Shown here piece by piece: positions 14,471-26,374 of a stretch of DNA of 64,000 nt. Below the pieces are notes generated by a model. It was not told the origin of the DNA. It ran no database searches and was given only the letters and a program-made list of their open reading frames with translations. The DNA lies in the NCBI GenBank assembly GCA_965207375.1, contig CBDBMG010000003.1, forward strand, positions 512,001 to 576,000, in the 5' to 3' direction. The position numbers and the translations under genes were made by a program. The stretch is from Nitrosopumilaceae archaeon (GTDB lineage: Archaea > Thermoproteota > Nitrososphaeria > Nitrososphaerales > Nitrosopumilaceae). The first letter of the stretch is position 1, and each line of letters begins with the position of its first letter.

Positions 14471-15599
14471 TGTATCACAGGAGCCGGTTTGGATTTATTT
14501 TAATAGCCCTCAGCTAACAAACAACATTTTTAGATTTTAGGAACCTCATGATCATTAACCGCAAAAGATCAAAACGTATAGAGCTGTGTCTGTTAATTAA
14601 GCTCAAAAAATTGCCTGTTATACTTTTTTAAACAAATAAATTATAATTTATAGTGGTGCCTAACACAGTGACTACGGAAGGAGTTGTAGAAGCTGTCTTG
14701 TGAATTTCTGCTGCTATAAAGTGTTGATAGGCAGTGGAATGAGTGTATTTTATACTTTTTAGACGGGATAACCGACTCCCCGACTCTAACTTTCCTGACT
14801 CCTTTTTTAAACTACAAATGGCACGAGTATTATTACCCAGTTTGCACCCCACGCCATAAATTTAGCCTATTATGCTTGATGCTTTACCAGAGGAGGTAGA
14901 ACATGTGTACGTGTATACTGCAAAATTGAGGCATGTTTGATATCTGCAACAAGCGTGTCCAATCCATAATCACAATAAACAGATGTGACACTCAAGTCAT
15001 TCTCCTTCATATCAGTCGTCAGTGATACCAATCCGCGGGTACTAACTAGAAGAAAATCGGTGACTTGATCCCAAAGGAAATGAGCAGCAGTATACACCAT
15101 GTAAAATCATCTAATTTGCGTCTCGAACAACATTTCCTGACTGCCACGGTCGATGGTGCCGTTCAGTAGTATTAACATGAGTATACATTAACAATTCACG
15201 TGATACAGATTCACGTGATCTAATCCGCGGATGATGCAACATATGCCACACCACATCGTATAGCTCTGGAGTACAAGGACGGCTCAGAAGGTGGGGCTGG
15301 TAGGGGCAGAGCCCCACCACATTTCCCATATCTTAATTCTTGGTATAGTTATGTTAAAATGAATATACTCTAATAGAACAGTCTTAATCCTATCAACAGT
15401 GAATTGAATTTTTGGGTTGTAATAATTATGTACATAGCATATGAGTGGGTAGGGTATACTTTACATGATGACTACAAGCAAGACAAGTTCCCTACCACTA
15501 CCTGTTAGCTTGAGCCGCCCCTGGTGGTGTACTTATATACCCGGCCGTGGATGCCATGCACCCCTTGCATTCAGTTTTGCACTGAACCGACCCGTACTG

Positions 15600-15725
15600 C
15601 TACACACAATGTAACTGCCCCGTGCGTTTTGCGACCGCCCCGTACACCTGATGTAACCGCCTCGTATACGCGATGTAACCGCCCTGTGCATTGTGCGACC
15701 GCCCCGTACGATGTGTAACCGCGTA
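15600..15725. repeat. Imperfect ~22-bp GC-rich tandem repeat (TGTAACCGCCCCGTAC-like)
   Basis: About 6 degenerate units visible. Confidence 0.6.
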
Positions 15726-16187
15726 TCGACACTTGATGGAAAGCAATGCGATGTATTTTTACACTGATTACTCTTCATAATCATGACTAGGCTACACTAT
15801 ACGGATACACATGCCACGTGCTGGGCATTAAATAGAGTGTAACAGGCTTCTGGCATGTCTGCTAGTAAAAAACAAGAATTGTGTAATGGTTAAAAAGTTA
15901 ATCATAAGGGGTAATGGGTAGAGTGAAGTAATAAACAGTAATTAATAATATACAACTTTTTAAACTTTTGCTGCTAGCTAATAATTAAAGTGTACAAACA
16001 ATAATGATTTTCATAGAAAAAGCTCCCTCACATGCGTTCATTGAATATATCAATGAACCATATGTGACGTGTCTCGTACACTAGACTCTCGGCCTGGTTC
16101 ACTCCAATACTTCAAGCCAAGTCACGCTTCACTACCACTAGTGCGCATGTCATAATAATGTGTCGACACACGTGATCACACGTTACA

Positions 16188-16203
16188 TCTTTCCTCCCAA
16201 AAG
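16188..16203 (-). promoter_or_regulatory. Polypurine tract
   Basis: GGGAGGAAAGA abutting the 3' LTR. Confidence 0.8.
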
Positions 16204-16312
16204 AAAAAAAAACAAAAAAAATCCTACCTATAACACAAAACACACAAAATGTACATTTTAACTAGCTTAACCTATGGGAGGAATAAACCAATAATAAACA
16301 AATACTAAATAG

Positions 16313-19300
16313 TTACGATTGTATGTAGTCTTCCATCCAGTGAGGTGCTCTATGGGTTCTTTGAGATCTACGCAAAGTGCATGGTTCTTGTGGTACCGCA
16401 GTGGTTAATGATGTTGATATTCCATCTTGTTCCATTGGTGCACTACCATTATCCATGCCTTCTTCTGGGTGCACTGTCTGTGGGTCCATGTTCCCTGTAT
16501 CAAACAACTCATCTGTGTGGATCACATGATGACGATTTCTTCTGTAGATTGTGTTTCCTACGTTTACTTCATAACTCCTTGGTCCTACTAATGCTTTACA
16601 AATTCCCACACTCCAAGTTTTTTGACCTGGTAATCGTATCCTTACCGTCTCCCCTGGAGAAATGGGTCTCAGATCCCTTCCATGTTGGTTGTAATATTGC
16701 TGTTGACGTTCTTTTTGTGCTTGCAGTTCCTGGATATCTTGTTTGATTGGGTATCTGGGGCTTAAAAGTGTTTTTGTGATGGGGAGCAATGTTTTGCAGC
16801 GGCGTCCTAAGAAACGCTGTGCTGGGCTGGTTCCCATCCCCTCTGTTGGAGTGTTTCGCCAGTCTAAAAGAGCAAGATGTTCTGATTGCCCTGATTCCTG
16901 ACATTTTGTGAAAAGCCTTTTGATGGTTTTGACAGCATTTTCAGCTTTGCCGTTTGATTGTGGATAATAAGGCGAGGTCGTTGTGTGTGTAAAATGCCAT
17001 GTTCGTGCAAATTTTGCAAATTCTGCAGACGAAAATTGTGGACCATTGTCAGAGATGACTATGTCTGGTACTCCATATCTTGAAAACAGACACTTTAGAA
17101 CTTTACTCACGCCTTGTGTTGTAGGTGTATGAATTCTCTCTACTTCTATAAAATTACTGTAGTAGTCACACACTACCAGTAAGGTACGGCCCTTCAGTTC
17201 ACATAAATCCACTCCAATTCTAGCCCATGGTCGTTCTGGTATCTCATGTGACAACAAAGGTTCCTTTCCTTGAGATGTGCGATGTGCCAAACAAATGTCA
17301 CACTTTGAGACGTATTCTCTCAACTCTGCGTTCATTCGAGGCCAGTAAAGACTATCCCGAGCTCTTCGTATTGACCCTTTAATAATTCCAATATGTGAAG
17401 CATGAACCATTGCCATCATTTCTCTTCGTAAAGCAACTGGTATCACTACACGTGACCCCTTGAAAACCAACTGGTCTTGTATTGTCAACTCATCACGAAA
17501 ATCATAATAAGCTCGGATACATGTTGGCACGTTCCTCTTGTTTTCAGGCCATCCCTGCTGAATTGTCTCTCTAAGTATTTGCAACACAGGATCATCCGAT
17601 GATGCATGTTTTATTTGCAGTAATCTATCCTTACTAACAGCTAGTAGGGTGTCTGTTGTATGGTCAATACCTTCCAAATTTGATGCAATGTCACATGCAC
17701 CCACATCTGGTAAGTGTGCCCGGCTAAGGGTGTCTGCTAAAAACATCGTTGTCCCTTTTTTGTATTTCCACTGCAAGTTATATTTTTGTAGCTTAAGCAA
17801 CATTCTCTGGAGCCTTTGTGGAGCATTGTGTAGGGGCTTTAGCACTATTGATTCTAATGGCTTATGGTCTGTTTCAATATTTATCCTGCTGCGTCCATAG
17901 ATATATGCATCAAAATGGTCGCATGCAAAAACTACTGCGAGGAGCTCTTTTTCTATCTGCGCATACCGGGTTTCCACTTCTGATAGAGCTCTTGACGCAT
18001 ATGCCACTGGTTGTCCATTTTGCATCATTGCTGCACCCAACCCTGACTGTGAGGCATCACACTGCAATGTAACCTCCTCATTTAGATTATAGTACCGAAG
18101 TACTGGTGTGCTCATGACAGCTTCTTTTAGTTTATCTAGTGCCTCTGGTTGTGGATGTTCCCATGCCCACACTGTGTCCTTCTGGGTCAGCTCACGCATT
18201 GGTTTGGTAATATCTGATAGGTGTGGCAAAAATTTACTAAGGTACTGTGTTAATCCCAACAGCCTCTGCACACCTGCCACATTCTTGGGTAAGGGCATAT
18301 CTTTTATTGCCTGTACTTTAGCAGGATCCACACATAAGCCCTGTTGTGTTGCAATATGCCCAATGAAAGGTACCTCTTGCATCCGTAATTTGAGTTTGTC
18401 TGCATTGAGCCGCACTCCACGTTCCTCACATCTTTGTAGAAGCACTTCTAAGTTCTTGTCATGGTCATGGATTGCATTCTCCTCTGTCTGCCCTCGTCCT
18501 ACCACCACAAAATCATCTGCAATTACTTCTACTCCTGTCAATCCTTCAATAAGTTCGTGCATACGTCTCTGAAAAACTTCTGGGGCTGAGCAGATTCCAA
18601 ATGGCATTCGCTTCCAGCGATATCGGCCAAAAGGGGTATGAAAGGTTGTGAGAAAAGATGATGATTCATCTAACGTGATGTGCCAGAATCCACTACGGAC
18701 ATCCAATACACTAAATACCTTTGCACCATAAAGGCGTGTTGCCACATCTTCAATAGTGGGTAGTGGATAATGCTCTCGCTGGATGGCTGTATTCAGATCT
18801 TTTGGATCTAGACAAATCCGCAATGTGCCATTTTTTTTTGGAACCGCAACCATTGAGCTAATCCAACTTGTAGGTTCTGTAACAGGTGCAATGATATTTG
18901 CTCTCACCATACTGTTCAGAGTTTCCTTCAGTCGTTGTCTAAGTGCCACGGGAACCCGCCTTGGTGCATGTTGTACTGGCTGAACACTAGAATCTAGGCG
19001 AATATGATAATCACCAGCCACTTTACCAACTCCTTCTTTGAACACCGTAGGGTATTTCTTGATAAGCTGCTGTTGTGACATAGCGTTTGTGGGCTCCAAT
19101 GTGAATACAGTGGCTTGTCCTACATGTGGTTTGCATAGTGCGTCATTGTCAAGATATGCAACAATTTCCATGTCTAAACAGGCCTTTCTTCCTAAAAGTG
19201 GACGAATATTCGTGCAATTCACTAGCTTACATTCCAATGTGTACTGACGGTTGCCCCGTTCTACTTCCATGAGTACTTGCCCTGTCACTGGCAGTGTGGT

Positions 19301-20350
19301 ACCTCCGTATGCTGTAATTTGCGACTTTCCAAGTTTGGCCTTCCTTAGTTTATGGTCATTAGTAGCTTGTCTGTAGAGTGCTAATGGTATAACGTTGCAC
19401 TGTGCTCCAGTGTCAACTTGAAAACGTAAAAAATTGCCTGATTTGAGCTTCAATGTTACAAACTGTGAGTCGTCTAAACTGACTGCTGCAATTTGAGTTG
19501 GGAATACTTCATCCCCATTGTCATCAACCAGTTTCACAGAGCCTTTTGCAGCAGTGCTGCAGCACTTGTTGGCAAAATGATTGGGCTTATGACATTTGTT
19601 ACACAGCTTCCCAAATGCTGGACATAGCTCTCTCTTACGCAGTTCATGTTTGCGTCCACAGTACCAACACTCTGGCATGTCTGGTTTGCTTGGCATTATT
19701 GATTGCTTATCCGATCCAGTCTGATTTCCTTGTGAAAACTTTTTTTCTGTCTGATAGCCTTGGAATTTAACTGCATGAATCAATGTGCTTGATTCATCTG
19801 TGATTGTCTTCATCTGTATGTTAAGACTTTCGGCAGCCCTGCATATTTCATCTGCCTTGGTCAGGGTTAGACTAGGTTCGCGAAGAAGACGTTCTCGTAC
19901 CTTGTCGTCTCGTATGCCAAATACTAATCTGTCGCGTAGGATCTCCTCCGGTGTAATGGACGCAAATTCACATCCTTCAGACAGCTTTCTTAGTGACGTC
20001 CGATATTGTTCATAAGACTCTCCTGGTTCTTGTACACGACGATTGAAGCAGTATCTTTCGAATGGCACGCTCTTTCTTGGTTGGCAGTAATTCGCAAATT
20101 TCTGTAACACTGACTCTATTTTGTTATTGTCACCTTCATTTTCCCACATAAAAGTTGCGAACACTTCACGCGCGTCTTCTCCAACAACCGTGAGTAAAGT
20201 TGCCACTTGAACTTTTTCTGATTTCTTGTTCAATTCAATTGCTAACGCATAGTTTGTCCATGCTCGTTTGAACTTTTTCCAGTTCTCTGCTGCTAATGTT
20301 CCATGAATGTCCAACGGCGGTGGAGGTGGGAGTGCATATCCGGCCGCCAT
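16313..20350 (-). CDS. Gag-Pol polyprotein (gag with Zn knuckles, protease, RT, RNase H, integrase)
   Basis: Uninterrupted ORF, likely starting MAAGYALP at 20350. Motifs: FQVDTGA protease; LRICLDPKDLN, RMPFGI and IADD RT; CDAS..YASR RNase H; HHCC plus SDNGPQF..NGKAE integrase, in Gypsy domain order. Confidence 0.95.
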   Translation of the reverse strand: MAAGYALPPPPPLDIHGTLAAENWKKFKRAWTNYALAIELNKKSEKVQVATLLTVVGEDAREVFATFMWENEGDNNKIESVLQKFANYCQPRKSVPFERYCFNRRVQEPGESYEQYRTSLRKLSEGCEFASITPEEILRDRLVFGIRDDKVRERLLREPSLTLTKADEICRAAESLNIQMKTITDESSTLIHAVKFQGYQTEKKFSQGNQTGSDKQSIMPSKPDMPECWYCGRKHELRKRELCPAFGKLCNKCHKPNHFANKCCSTAAKGSVKLVDDNGDEVFPTQIAAVSLDDSQFVTLKLKSGNFLRFQVDTGAQCNVIPLALYRQATNDHKLRKAKLGKSQITAYGGTTLPVTGQVLMEVERGNRQYTLECKLVNCTNIRPLLGRKACLDMEIVAYLDNDALCKPHVGQATVFTLEPTNAMSQQQLIKKYPTVFKEGVGKVAGDYHIRLDSSVQPVQHAPRRVPVALRQRLKETLNSMVRANIIAPVTEPTSWISSMVAVPKKNGTLRICLDPKDLNTAIQREHYPLPTIEDVATRLYGAKVFSVLDVRSGFWHITLDESSSFLTTFHTPFGRYRWKRMPFGICSAPEVFQRRMHELIEGLTGVEVIADDFVVVGRGQTEENAIHDHDKNLEVLLQRCEERGVRLNADKLKLRMQEVPFIGHIATQQGLCVDPAKVQAIKDMPLPKNVAGVQRLLGLTQYLSKFLPHLSDITKPMRELTQKDTVWAWEHPQPEALDKLKEAVMSTPVLRYYNLNEEVTLQCDASQSGLGAAMMQNGQPVAYASRALSEVETRYAQIEKELLAVVFACDHFDAYIYGRSRINIETDHKPLESIVLKPLHNAPQRLQRMLLKLQKYNLQWKYKKGTTMFLADTLSRAHLPDVGACDIASNLEGIDHTTDTLLAVSKDRLLQIKHASSDDPVLQILRETIQQGWPENKRNVPTCIRAYYDFRDELTIQDQLVFKGSRVVIPVALRREMMAMVHASHIGIIKGSIRRARDSLYWPRMNAELREYVSKCDICLAHRTSQGKEPLLSHEIPERPWARIGVDLCELKGRTLLVVCDYYSNFIEVERIHTPTTQGVSKVLKCLFSRYGVPDIVISDNGPQFSSAEFAKFARTWHFTHTTTSPYYPQSNGKAENAVKTIKRLFTKCQESGQSEHLALLDWRNTPTEGMGTSPAQRFLGRRCKTLLPITKTLLSPRYPIKQDIQELQAQKERQQQYYNQHGRDLRPISPGETVRIRLPGQKTWSVGICKALVGPRSYEVNVGNTIYRRNRHHVIHTDELFDTGNMDPQTVHPEEGMDNGSAPMEQDGISTSLTTAVPQEPCTLRRSQRTHRAPHWMEDYIQS

Positions 20351-20550
20351 TTTGTCTGTGACTTGTTCCCGCCAACAATACAGAAGGAAATCTCTGTAAA
20401 AAAAACTACAAATTAAAAGTCTTGGATAGAGAAACACTCGCCTTTACTGGTACCTTAACCCGGTACCAAGGATTCGTTCTGTTGGTTATTAATTCAGTCC
20501 GTCCGCGTGGAGATTCGCTTAAATCCGATGAGTACATTGACAACTCGACG

Positions 20551-20570
20551 GAATCCCACTCCTGTCACCA
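20551..20570 (-). promoter_or_regulatory. Primer-binding site, tRNA-Leu-like
   Basis: TGGTGACAGGAGTGGGATTC immediately 3' of the 5' LTR, complementary to a tRNA-Leu-type 3' end (GAATCCCACTCCTG.CACCA). Confidence 0.8.
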
Positions 20571-21379
20571 TGTGACGTGTCTCGTACACTAGACTCTCGG
20601 CCTGGTTCACTCCAATACTTCAAGCCAAGTCACGCTTCACTACCACTAGTGCGCATGTCATAATAATGTGTCGACACACGTGATCACACGTTACACCATA
20701 TACTGCTGTTGTTCCACTTCGCCTACTTTGGGGTCCATCATTAAAGGAAAGTGAAATCATTGAGGTTCAGGAAGGCAAAACCAACTATAGTGTGAAGATC
20801 TTGTTGCTAGGTAAATATTTGTTTTGCAGTAGTGATAGTTACTGTTTATTTGTTTGACTACACCTGCAGGAACACGAGAGAAATGTAAGGCTGAGCAAGT
20901 GAAATATGAAGATGATGAAGAGAAGGAAAATGCAAAGCCCAAGGGGCAGAAAAGAAGCACACAGGTTTGTACACCTGAATTTGAAGTCCTGTACTTGCAT
21001 ATTTAATTTTACTTAGGAATATAAGACCAACTTGGAAGGCTGCCCTGCTAAAAGGCAAAAGAAAATGGAAGGCTGCCCTGATAAAAGGGAAAAGAAAATG
21101 GTATGCACTAATCTTCTATTATATTATTCGATAGTTGGCAGAGTTGTAGAAAACTTTTGTAGTAGTATGTGGTGTACGAGTTCAAGACAAGCTCAATAGA
21201 TTCTCCAAACACAAGGAACAAACTGTTGTTTTACCAATTCATACTTTAATTTTACATTAAGGCAGTTATTTCATTGTTTGAGTTGCATGTTCATTTAAGC
21301 TTGTACAAGTATGTGGTTCATGTTGTATTCTGATCTAGGAACCCAAACCAGTGTTGGAAGTTGGCCCTGACACACCTAT

Positions 21380-21760
21380 AGAGAGGAGCCGGTGTTGACT
21401 ACCAGAGAGGAGCCGGCATTGACTACCAGAGAGGACCCAGCGTTGACTACCAAAGAGGAGCTGGCGTTGATTACCAGAACAGAGCCAGTGTTGACTGCCA
21501 GGGAGGAGCCGGTGTTGACTACCAGAGAGGACCCAGTGTTGATTACCAGAACAAAGCCAGTGTTGACTACCAGGGAGGAGCCGGTGTTGATTACCAGAGA
21601 GGAGCTGGTGTTGACTACCAGAGAGGACCCAGTGTTGATTACCAGAACAGAGCCAGTGTTGATTACCAGGGAGGAGCCAGTGTTTATTACCAGAGAGGAA
21701 CCGGCATTGACTACTAGAGAGAAGCCGGTGTTAACCACCAGGGAGCCTGAGTTTACTACC
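21380..21760 (+). repeat. 24-bp coding minisatellite, ~15 units, encoding (V/A)L(T/I)TREEP octapeptides
   Basis: ACCAGAGAGGAGCCGGTGTTGACT-type units; open in frame 21392-21820 up to a GT donor at 21785. Confidence 0.9.
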
Positions 21761-21917
21761 AGCAGTGCGGATACTATAGATCATGTAATTCCTATAATGT
21801 TGATAAAATGCTGTAATTAATATCCATATTGTAGGATATTGTGGATGGATATCGAGTTGACGACTATTTTGATTTAAGTGATCTGGAGATCTCTTATGAT
21901 GTATGTATTATAAAGAA

Positions 21918-22209
21918 TAATGCACCTATCAACATGTTTCCCCATTCCTCGGGATTATATGGAGCTATGGTGGGGATTTGACATGCCCTAATGTCAAATG
22001 CCCCATAGTAGAGCAAACTGAGTGTGTCGTATGCCAATTTATCCACACGTAAACCACAGTTGCAACATAGGGTTTTGACATATATCAGGCTTTGAATTGA
22101 AAAGTGGTTATATATCAAGTGTAGGGTACAGTTTTGTGTCAATGCTCCCAGTAATGCCCCACTTAGGCTTGAGAGGGGGTAGCAGGGAAATACATTGATA
22201 GGTGCATAA
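21918..22209. mobile_element. MITE
   Basis: TIR TAATGCACCTATCAA...TTGATAGGTGCATAA. Confidence 0.7.
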
Positions 22210-22278
22210 TGTTGCTGTAATACATACTATCAAGAGTTTATTATGTGTCTGGAGTCGAAGTTCGCCTAATGTCTTAAC

Positions 22279-22925
22279 TAGTGATGCACCGATGATCGGT
22301 TCAACCATCGGAATCGGTTTATCGGCTAGAGCTGTCAATACTACCCGGTATCGTGATACCAAGCAGTATCGATACTTCAAGCTTTGGTATCGTAGGTATC
22401 GATTATGCAACATATAACCAGACAGGTGATGATTTTGGGTCACATTTTCAACTGATTTGGATCAAACTTGTTGGATAAGATCTCTATTAATGTGATAAAA
22501 TTTGCAACTTCATATACTAAGTGTGAAAAGGCCAAATTTTATATGCACATTAGCCTGGTTATTTCATGTAGGCCATATCATGTGAAGTGTCTATACCTAA
22601 AGTGTATCGTGATACCCTGACTATGCTATCATGATACGCAAACTTGAGGTGGTATTGCACAGCTCTATTATCGGCCTTAAAATTATAGCATTGGTTCAGT
22701 TATTCTTTAGCAGATGTTTCAGATTTATTGATAACAGTATAAAATGAGATGGCATCATTATTTTAGTGATAAAATATTTGCTATTTCAGTCTTAAAAGGG
22801 ACATGGAATAATTATGGATGGTGCTCAAAAATGTTTAATAGTAATTTCATATTGTTAGCAGATTTGGAAGGTATGTTGATATCGGATCGGCTATCAGTAT
22901 TAGCCAATATATCGGTGCATCACTA
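22279..22925. mobile_element. hAT MITE containing a nested hAT MITE (22327-22667)
   Basis: Outer TIR TAGTGATGCACCGAT with TSD GTCTTAAC; inner TIR TAGAGCTGT with TSD TTATCGGC. Confidence 0.9.
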
Positions 22926-23976
22926 GTCTTAACCATAAGAACTCAGATTATTTACCTTCTCAAACTGACCCGGCAGGCCGAAAATGTATAAATCACTTAA
23001 CAATCACATGGTAAAAATTGCTGTATGAATATTACAAAAAGCCCTCAGTTCTCCAGTTATGTAACTCTGTGTTTCTTGGCCACATTAGTAGGCAACTTAC
23101 AATAAGGTTTTTTGCCTTCGCTAGAACATAAACAAATTTGTGCTACAAAAGCATAACACTTTTTCAATTCTGTAACTTCGTCTTACACCAAGGCTCCATT
23201 ACCACCCAAACCACAAGAATAACAAACTGGCTCAAAGTTCACCAAAACTGCACTGTATGCATCACATGATTTTTGATCATGTGATTATATTTTATTGGAT
23301 ATTTGGAAAAAAGACCAACCGCATCCGTGAAACAGCATTCATTTGCTATGGCCTTACTATATTAACACCTCCCAAGTCCTAATGGGTTGTTCTTATGAGA
23401 GGCTAAATAACAGGAATGTTTACAATATTAATGGGCTAGCACTAATTTATACTCATCTCTAGTTGCTTGAAATTTGATTCATGGCGAGGTTTCCCATTCT
23501 GATCAGTATCATTTAAATCCTTACTGTATCATGTAGAGTTGGGCAGTAATGCCTGATAGTTATACTGGTGCTGTATGAAGGTCAATACTGGTTTTGTTAT
23601 TGTGAACAATGTGATAACAGGTATTACACTAATTATGTTTGTCTGTGGCCATGAAGCCATATCATAAGTAAACAGTGAGGTTAACATGTACACTTTTTGG
23701 TCTAGTTCCAGTCTACTTTTATTGAAGGTGTTAACATGTACTTATTACCACCATATACTGGGTAATTTTCAAATGAGAATTTTTGAAAATGGTTGATTGG
23801 AAAGTTTTTTTGGAAGTTTCCATATACACGTGTGCCATGGAAGGATTAGAGGACGTCGATGTCGCTTCTTATTTTACATTGGAATCAGCTGGCTACTATC
23901 CACGGATGCCATGTATAGCGGCGAAGCAACATTTGCACTACGGCATGCTTTATTGAAGATCATAAACATTAATTTA

Positions 23977-24509
23977 TAGGGCTGGAACAAAGCCTTCGAA
24001 TGTTTCGAAGGTTCAAACTTCGAATGGTAAAATATCCTTCAAAGCTTCGTAGCGTGCTCATAACACAGTAATAATTATGCAAGATTTACGAGTAATATTC
24101 TTTTCTTTATTGCGGCAGCCTACACTTCTTATGCAATCGATTCTCATGTGCCACGCCCACTTTTAGATCACAACAATTTGACCTTTTGGTGCGGCAGAAG
24201 CTTAAAATGCCTTATGGAGCGATTGTTATGGATGCAAAACATCAGTTTAACCTTTAGTTGGTTTTTAGCTACGTATGCATGATTGCTGTACAGACACACC
24301 CATTTTTGTGGTCGATTGATCGTGTCATCTTGAACTGCTGTTATAAGTTTACCAAATACTTGTAAACCTATCAAACAAGATTAGAAAGACGAAAAGCTTT
24401 AGCAGGATATGCATAGATATGAGAAAAAGCTGATACTTATTTTATACCTAAGCTTCAAACCTTCAGTGCAGTTTTCAAAGGGTAAATTTCAACCTTCGTT
24501 CCAGCCCTA
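23977..24509. mobile_element. hAT MITE
   Basis: TIR TAGGGCTGGAAC...GTTCCAGCCCTA; TSD TTAATTTA. Confidence 0.85.
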
Positions 24510-26374
24510 TTAATTTACTAATTCTTCAAAAATTACCCATTATACAGATACAGTATTATAGATCACTGTATATTAGCAGAAATTGTCATCTTCCGTAGGG
24601 TATGAATTCTGCACAATGTGATAAGCTTGAGATGGCCATGCAAGAGCAGGTATGTATGCTATTTCTGCTGTAGAGAATATTGCTAAAGTGAAGAATTTAC
24701 AGAACCAATTGGGGCATGCTATAAAAAGATGAATCACATTTAATTTTTCATGTTCAAGTTAAGCTACTTAATAGGTGTGCAAGACTTCCTAAAAATCACT
24801 ATTGTTTACATGGAGCTTCCATAAAATGCCCATCGCATTGTTTATGTGAATAGGTAGTTTTCATGAGTGTGCATGTAGGCAGTTTTACATTATAGTTTAT
24901 ATTATGTTGTGCATTTATCAGATTGTTCTGTGTAACATAGGATAAAAGATATGAAGAGTTATCAGGAGTAGTGTCATCACTCAAGTCAGCCATTAACAAT
25001 GTGCAGAAAGGATTAATTGTTATTTCGTCTAAATTGAGCAACGTATCAAGTGAAAGAAATGGACCAGAGTTAAATGGTATGCACAAAACTGCACTATAAT
25101 GTAGCTATTATGTTATCAATCAGAGTAGTGAATTGCTTACCTTCTTATCAGAGCTCAGTAGAGTGTTATTTTAATACGGTACTATATACAAACTATGTGT
25201 TTTATTTTTTGTTATTGATTGTGGCATAGCATCATAGCAACTTAGATGAGAGTAGGGTGGAGTGATAGCTATGCACTTAGAATTATTGATTCTTAATATC
25301 AATATTTACAAGCTGCATGCACATAAACATTTGAACATAAATAATAATTGGTTATGGTATAGCAGAAAACGAGGAGAAAACATTGGTAAATTTGGTGAAT
25401 TGATCTACAATCGACAACTTTTTTATTCCCTCAAAAATCCTAACCATTCAAATCCTACAGAAATGTGAGTTTTATCAATTAACAGAGCTAAATTCACCAA
25501 TGCTTTTTTCCCATCTACTTTTCTGCTCTACTGTACATATATATGCATGTGTAAGTACTAAATTGTGAAAACATAACATTTCCAATAAAAATACAGATTC
25601 TTTTATTTGTGTAGAACCTGTGCCCATGCCTATTTCTCCGACCTCCGATACTGGAATATCCCCATCATCTGAAAGTAGAGTGTCCCAGGCTTCTGGAGAT
25701 GAAGAGGGGATTTCTTCACAGGGAGCAGCTATACAACAGGAGGGAATCCCACCACAGATTCCAGAATTGTTAACACCAAGTGAACTAACACCGATATTTA
25801 TGAAAAGTTGCTCCCGCAAGAACATGAGTGTACACCTTACAAGACGGCTGTTTAGTGAAAAAGTGCGTATGACATCCAATGTCTCCGGTCGTAAGAAACG
25901 GCAATTAGATCCAAAAATAATAACCTACATCAAGTCGACTGCCTTTAGGTATTTTCCATCATCGCATAGCGACATCACCAAAGAGTGGGCAGAGTGCATT
26001 GTTGCTATTGACGAGAGCTGCAGGCGTCTAAACAACAAGCCAACAAAAAAGAAAGATTGAAACACTGGCTTGAGGACATGACCATGAACTGAATATGGAA
26101 ACTGGAACAATGATTATTATGAAACTGATCCATGTATTTGATTACTGATCACATATTTAAAAATCATTTTTAGGATTTTGTGCTTTTTCACATGTACTTT
26201 ACGACCATGGAACTAGAACAATGATTATGACACTTTGAATATACATTGGTCTTTTGTGTAAATTTCACATGTTCAATTGTTAGAAAGGAATCATACATAA
26301 AGGTAATAATCAATATATCAATATTCGTTGCAAAATAAGCTAACAGTCAATATTTATTGTAGTTACTTATCTAA

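Larger units (their letters stand above)
16063..20695 (-). mobile_element. Full-length Ty3/Gypsy LTR retrotransposon (Mag-like)
   Basis: Identical 125-bp LTRs (16063-16187, 20571-20695) with TG..CA ends; 5-bp TSD CCATA; PBS and PPT present; single gag-pol ORF. Confidence 0.97.
16017..26060 (+). pseudogene. BEN-domain protein gene (BEND5-like architecture), disrupted by an exonic LTR insertion
   Basis: Exons: 16017-16062 + 20701-20810 (SHAFIEYINEPYTAVVPL..YSVKILLLG once the LTR element is removed), 20869-20963, 21018-21100, 21339-21784 (repeat exon), 21836-21900, 24599-24649, 24941-25076 (coiled-coil-like) and 25615-26060 (BEN: KNMSVHLTRRLFSEKVRMTSNVSGRKKRQLDPKII..WAECIVAIDESCRRL). Junctions are GT-AG and mostly phase-compatible. 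The first exon was not located. Confidence 0.75.

Noticed and set aside
14628-15329. Three short minus-strand ORFs as the missing DCAF4 terminal exon
   Set aside because: No WD40-like or DCAF4 C-terminal motif in the frames examined.
18505-18525. RT active site IADD instead of YxDD
   Set aside because: This variant is seen in Mag-like Gypsy elements and both catalytic Asp are retained, so it is not evidence of inactivity or novelty.
16345-20015. Many plus-strand ORFs inside the Gypsy element, and ORF 56867-57562 (-)
   Set aside because: Antisense shadows of real long ORFs.
20545-20570. tRNA-like sequence ending in CCA
   Set aside because: Only ~20 nt; it is the retrotransposon primer-binding site, not a tRNA gene.
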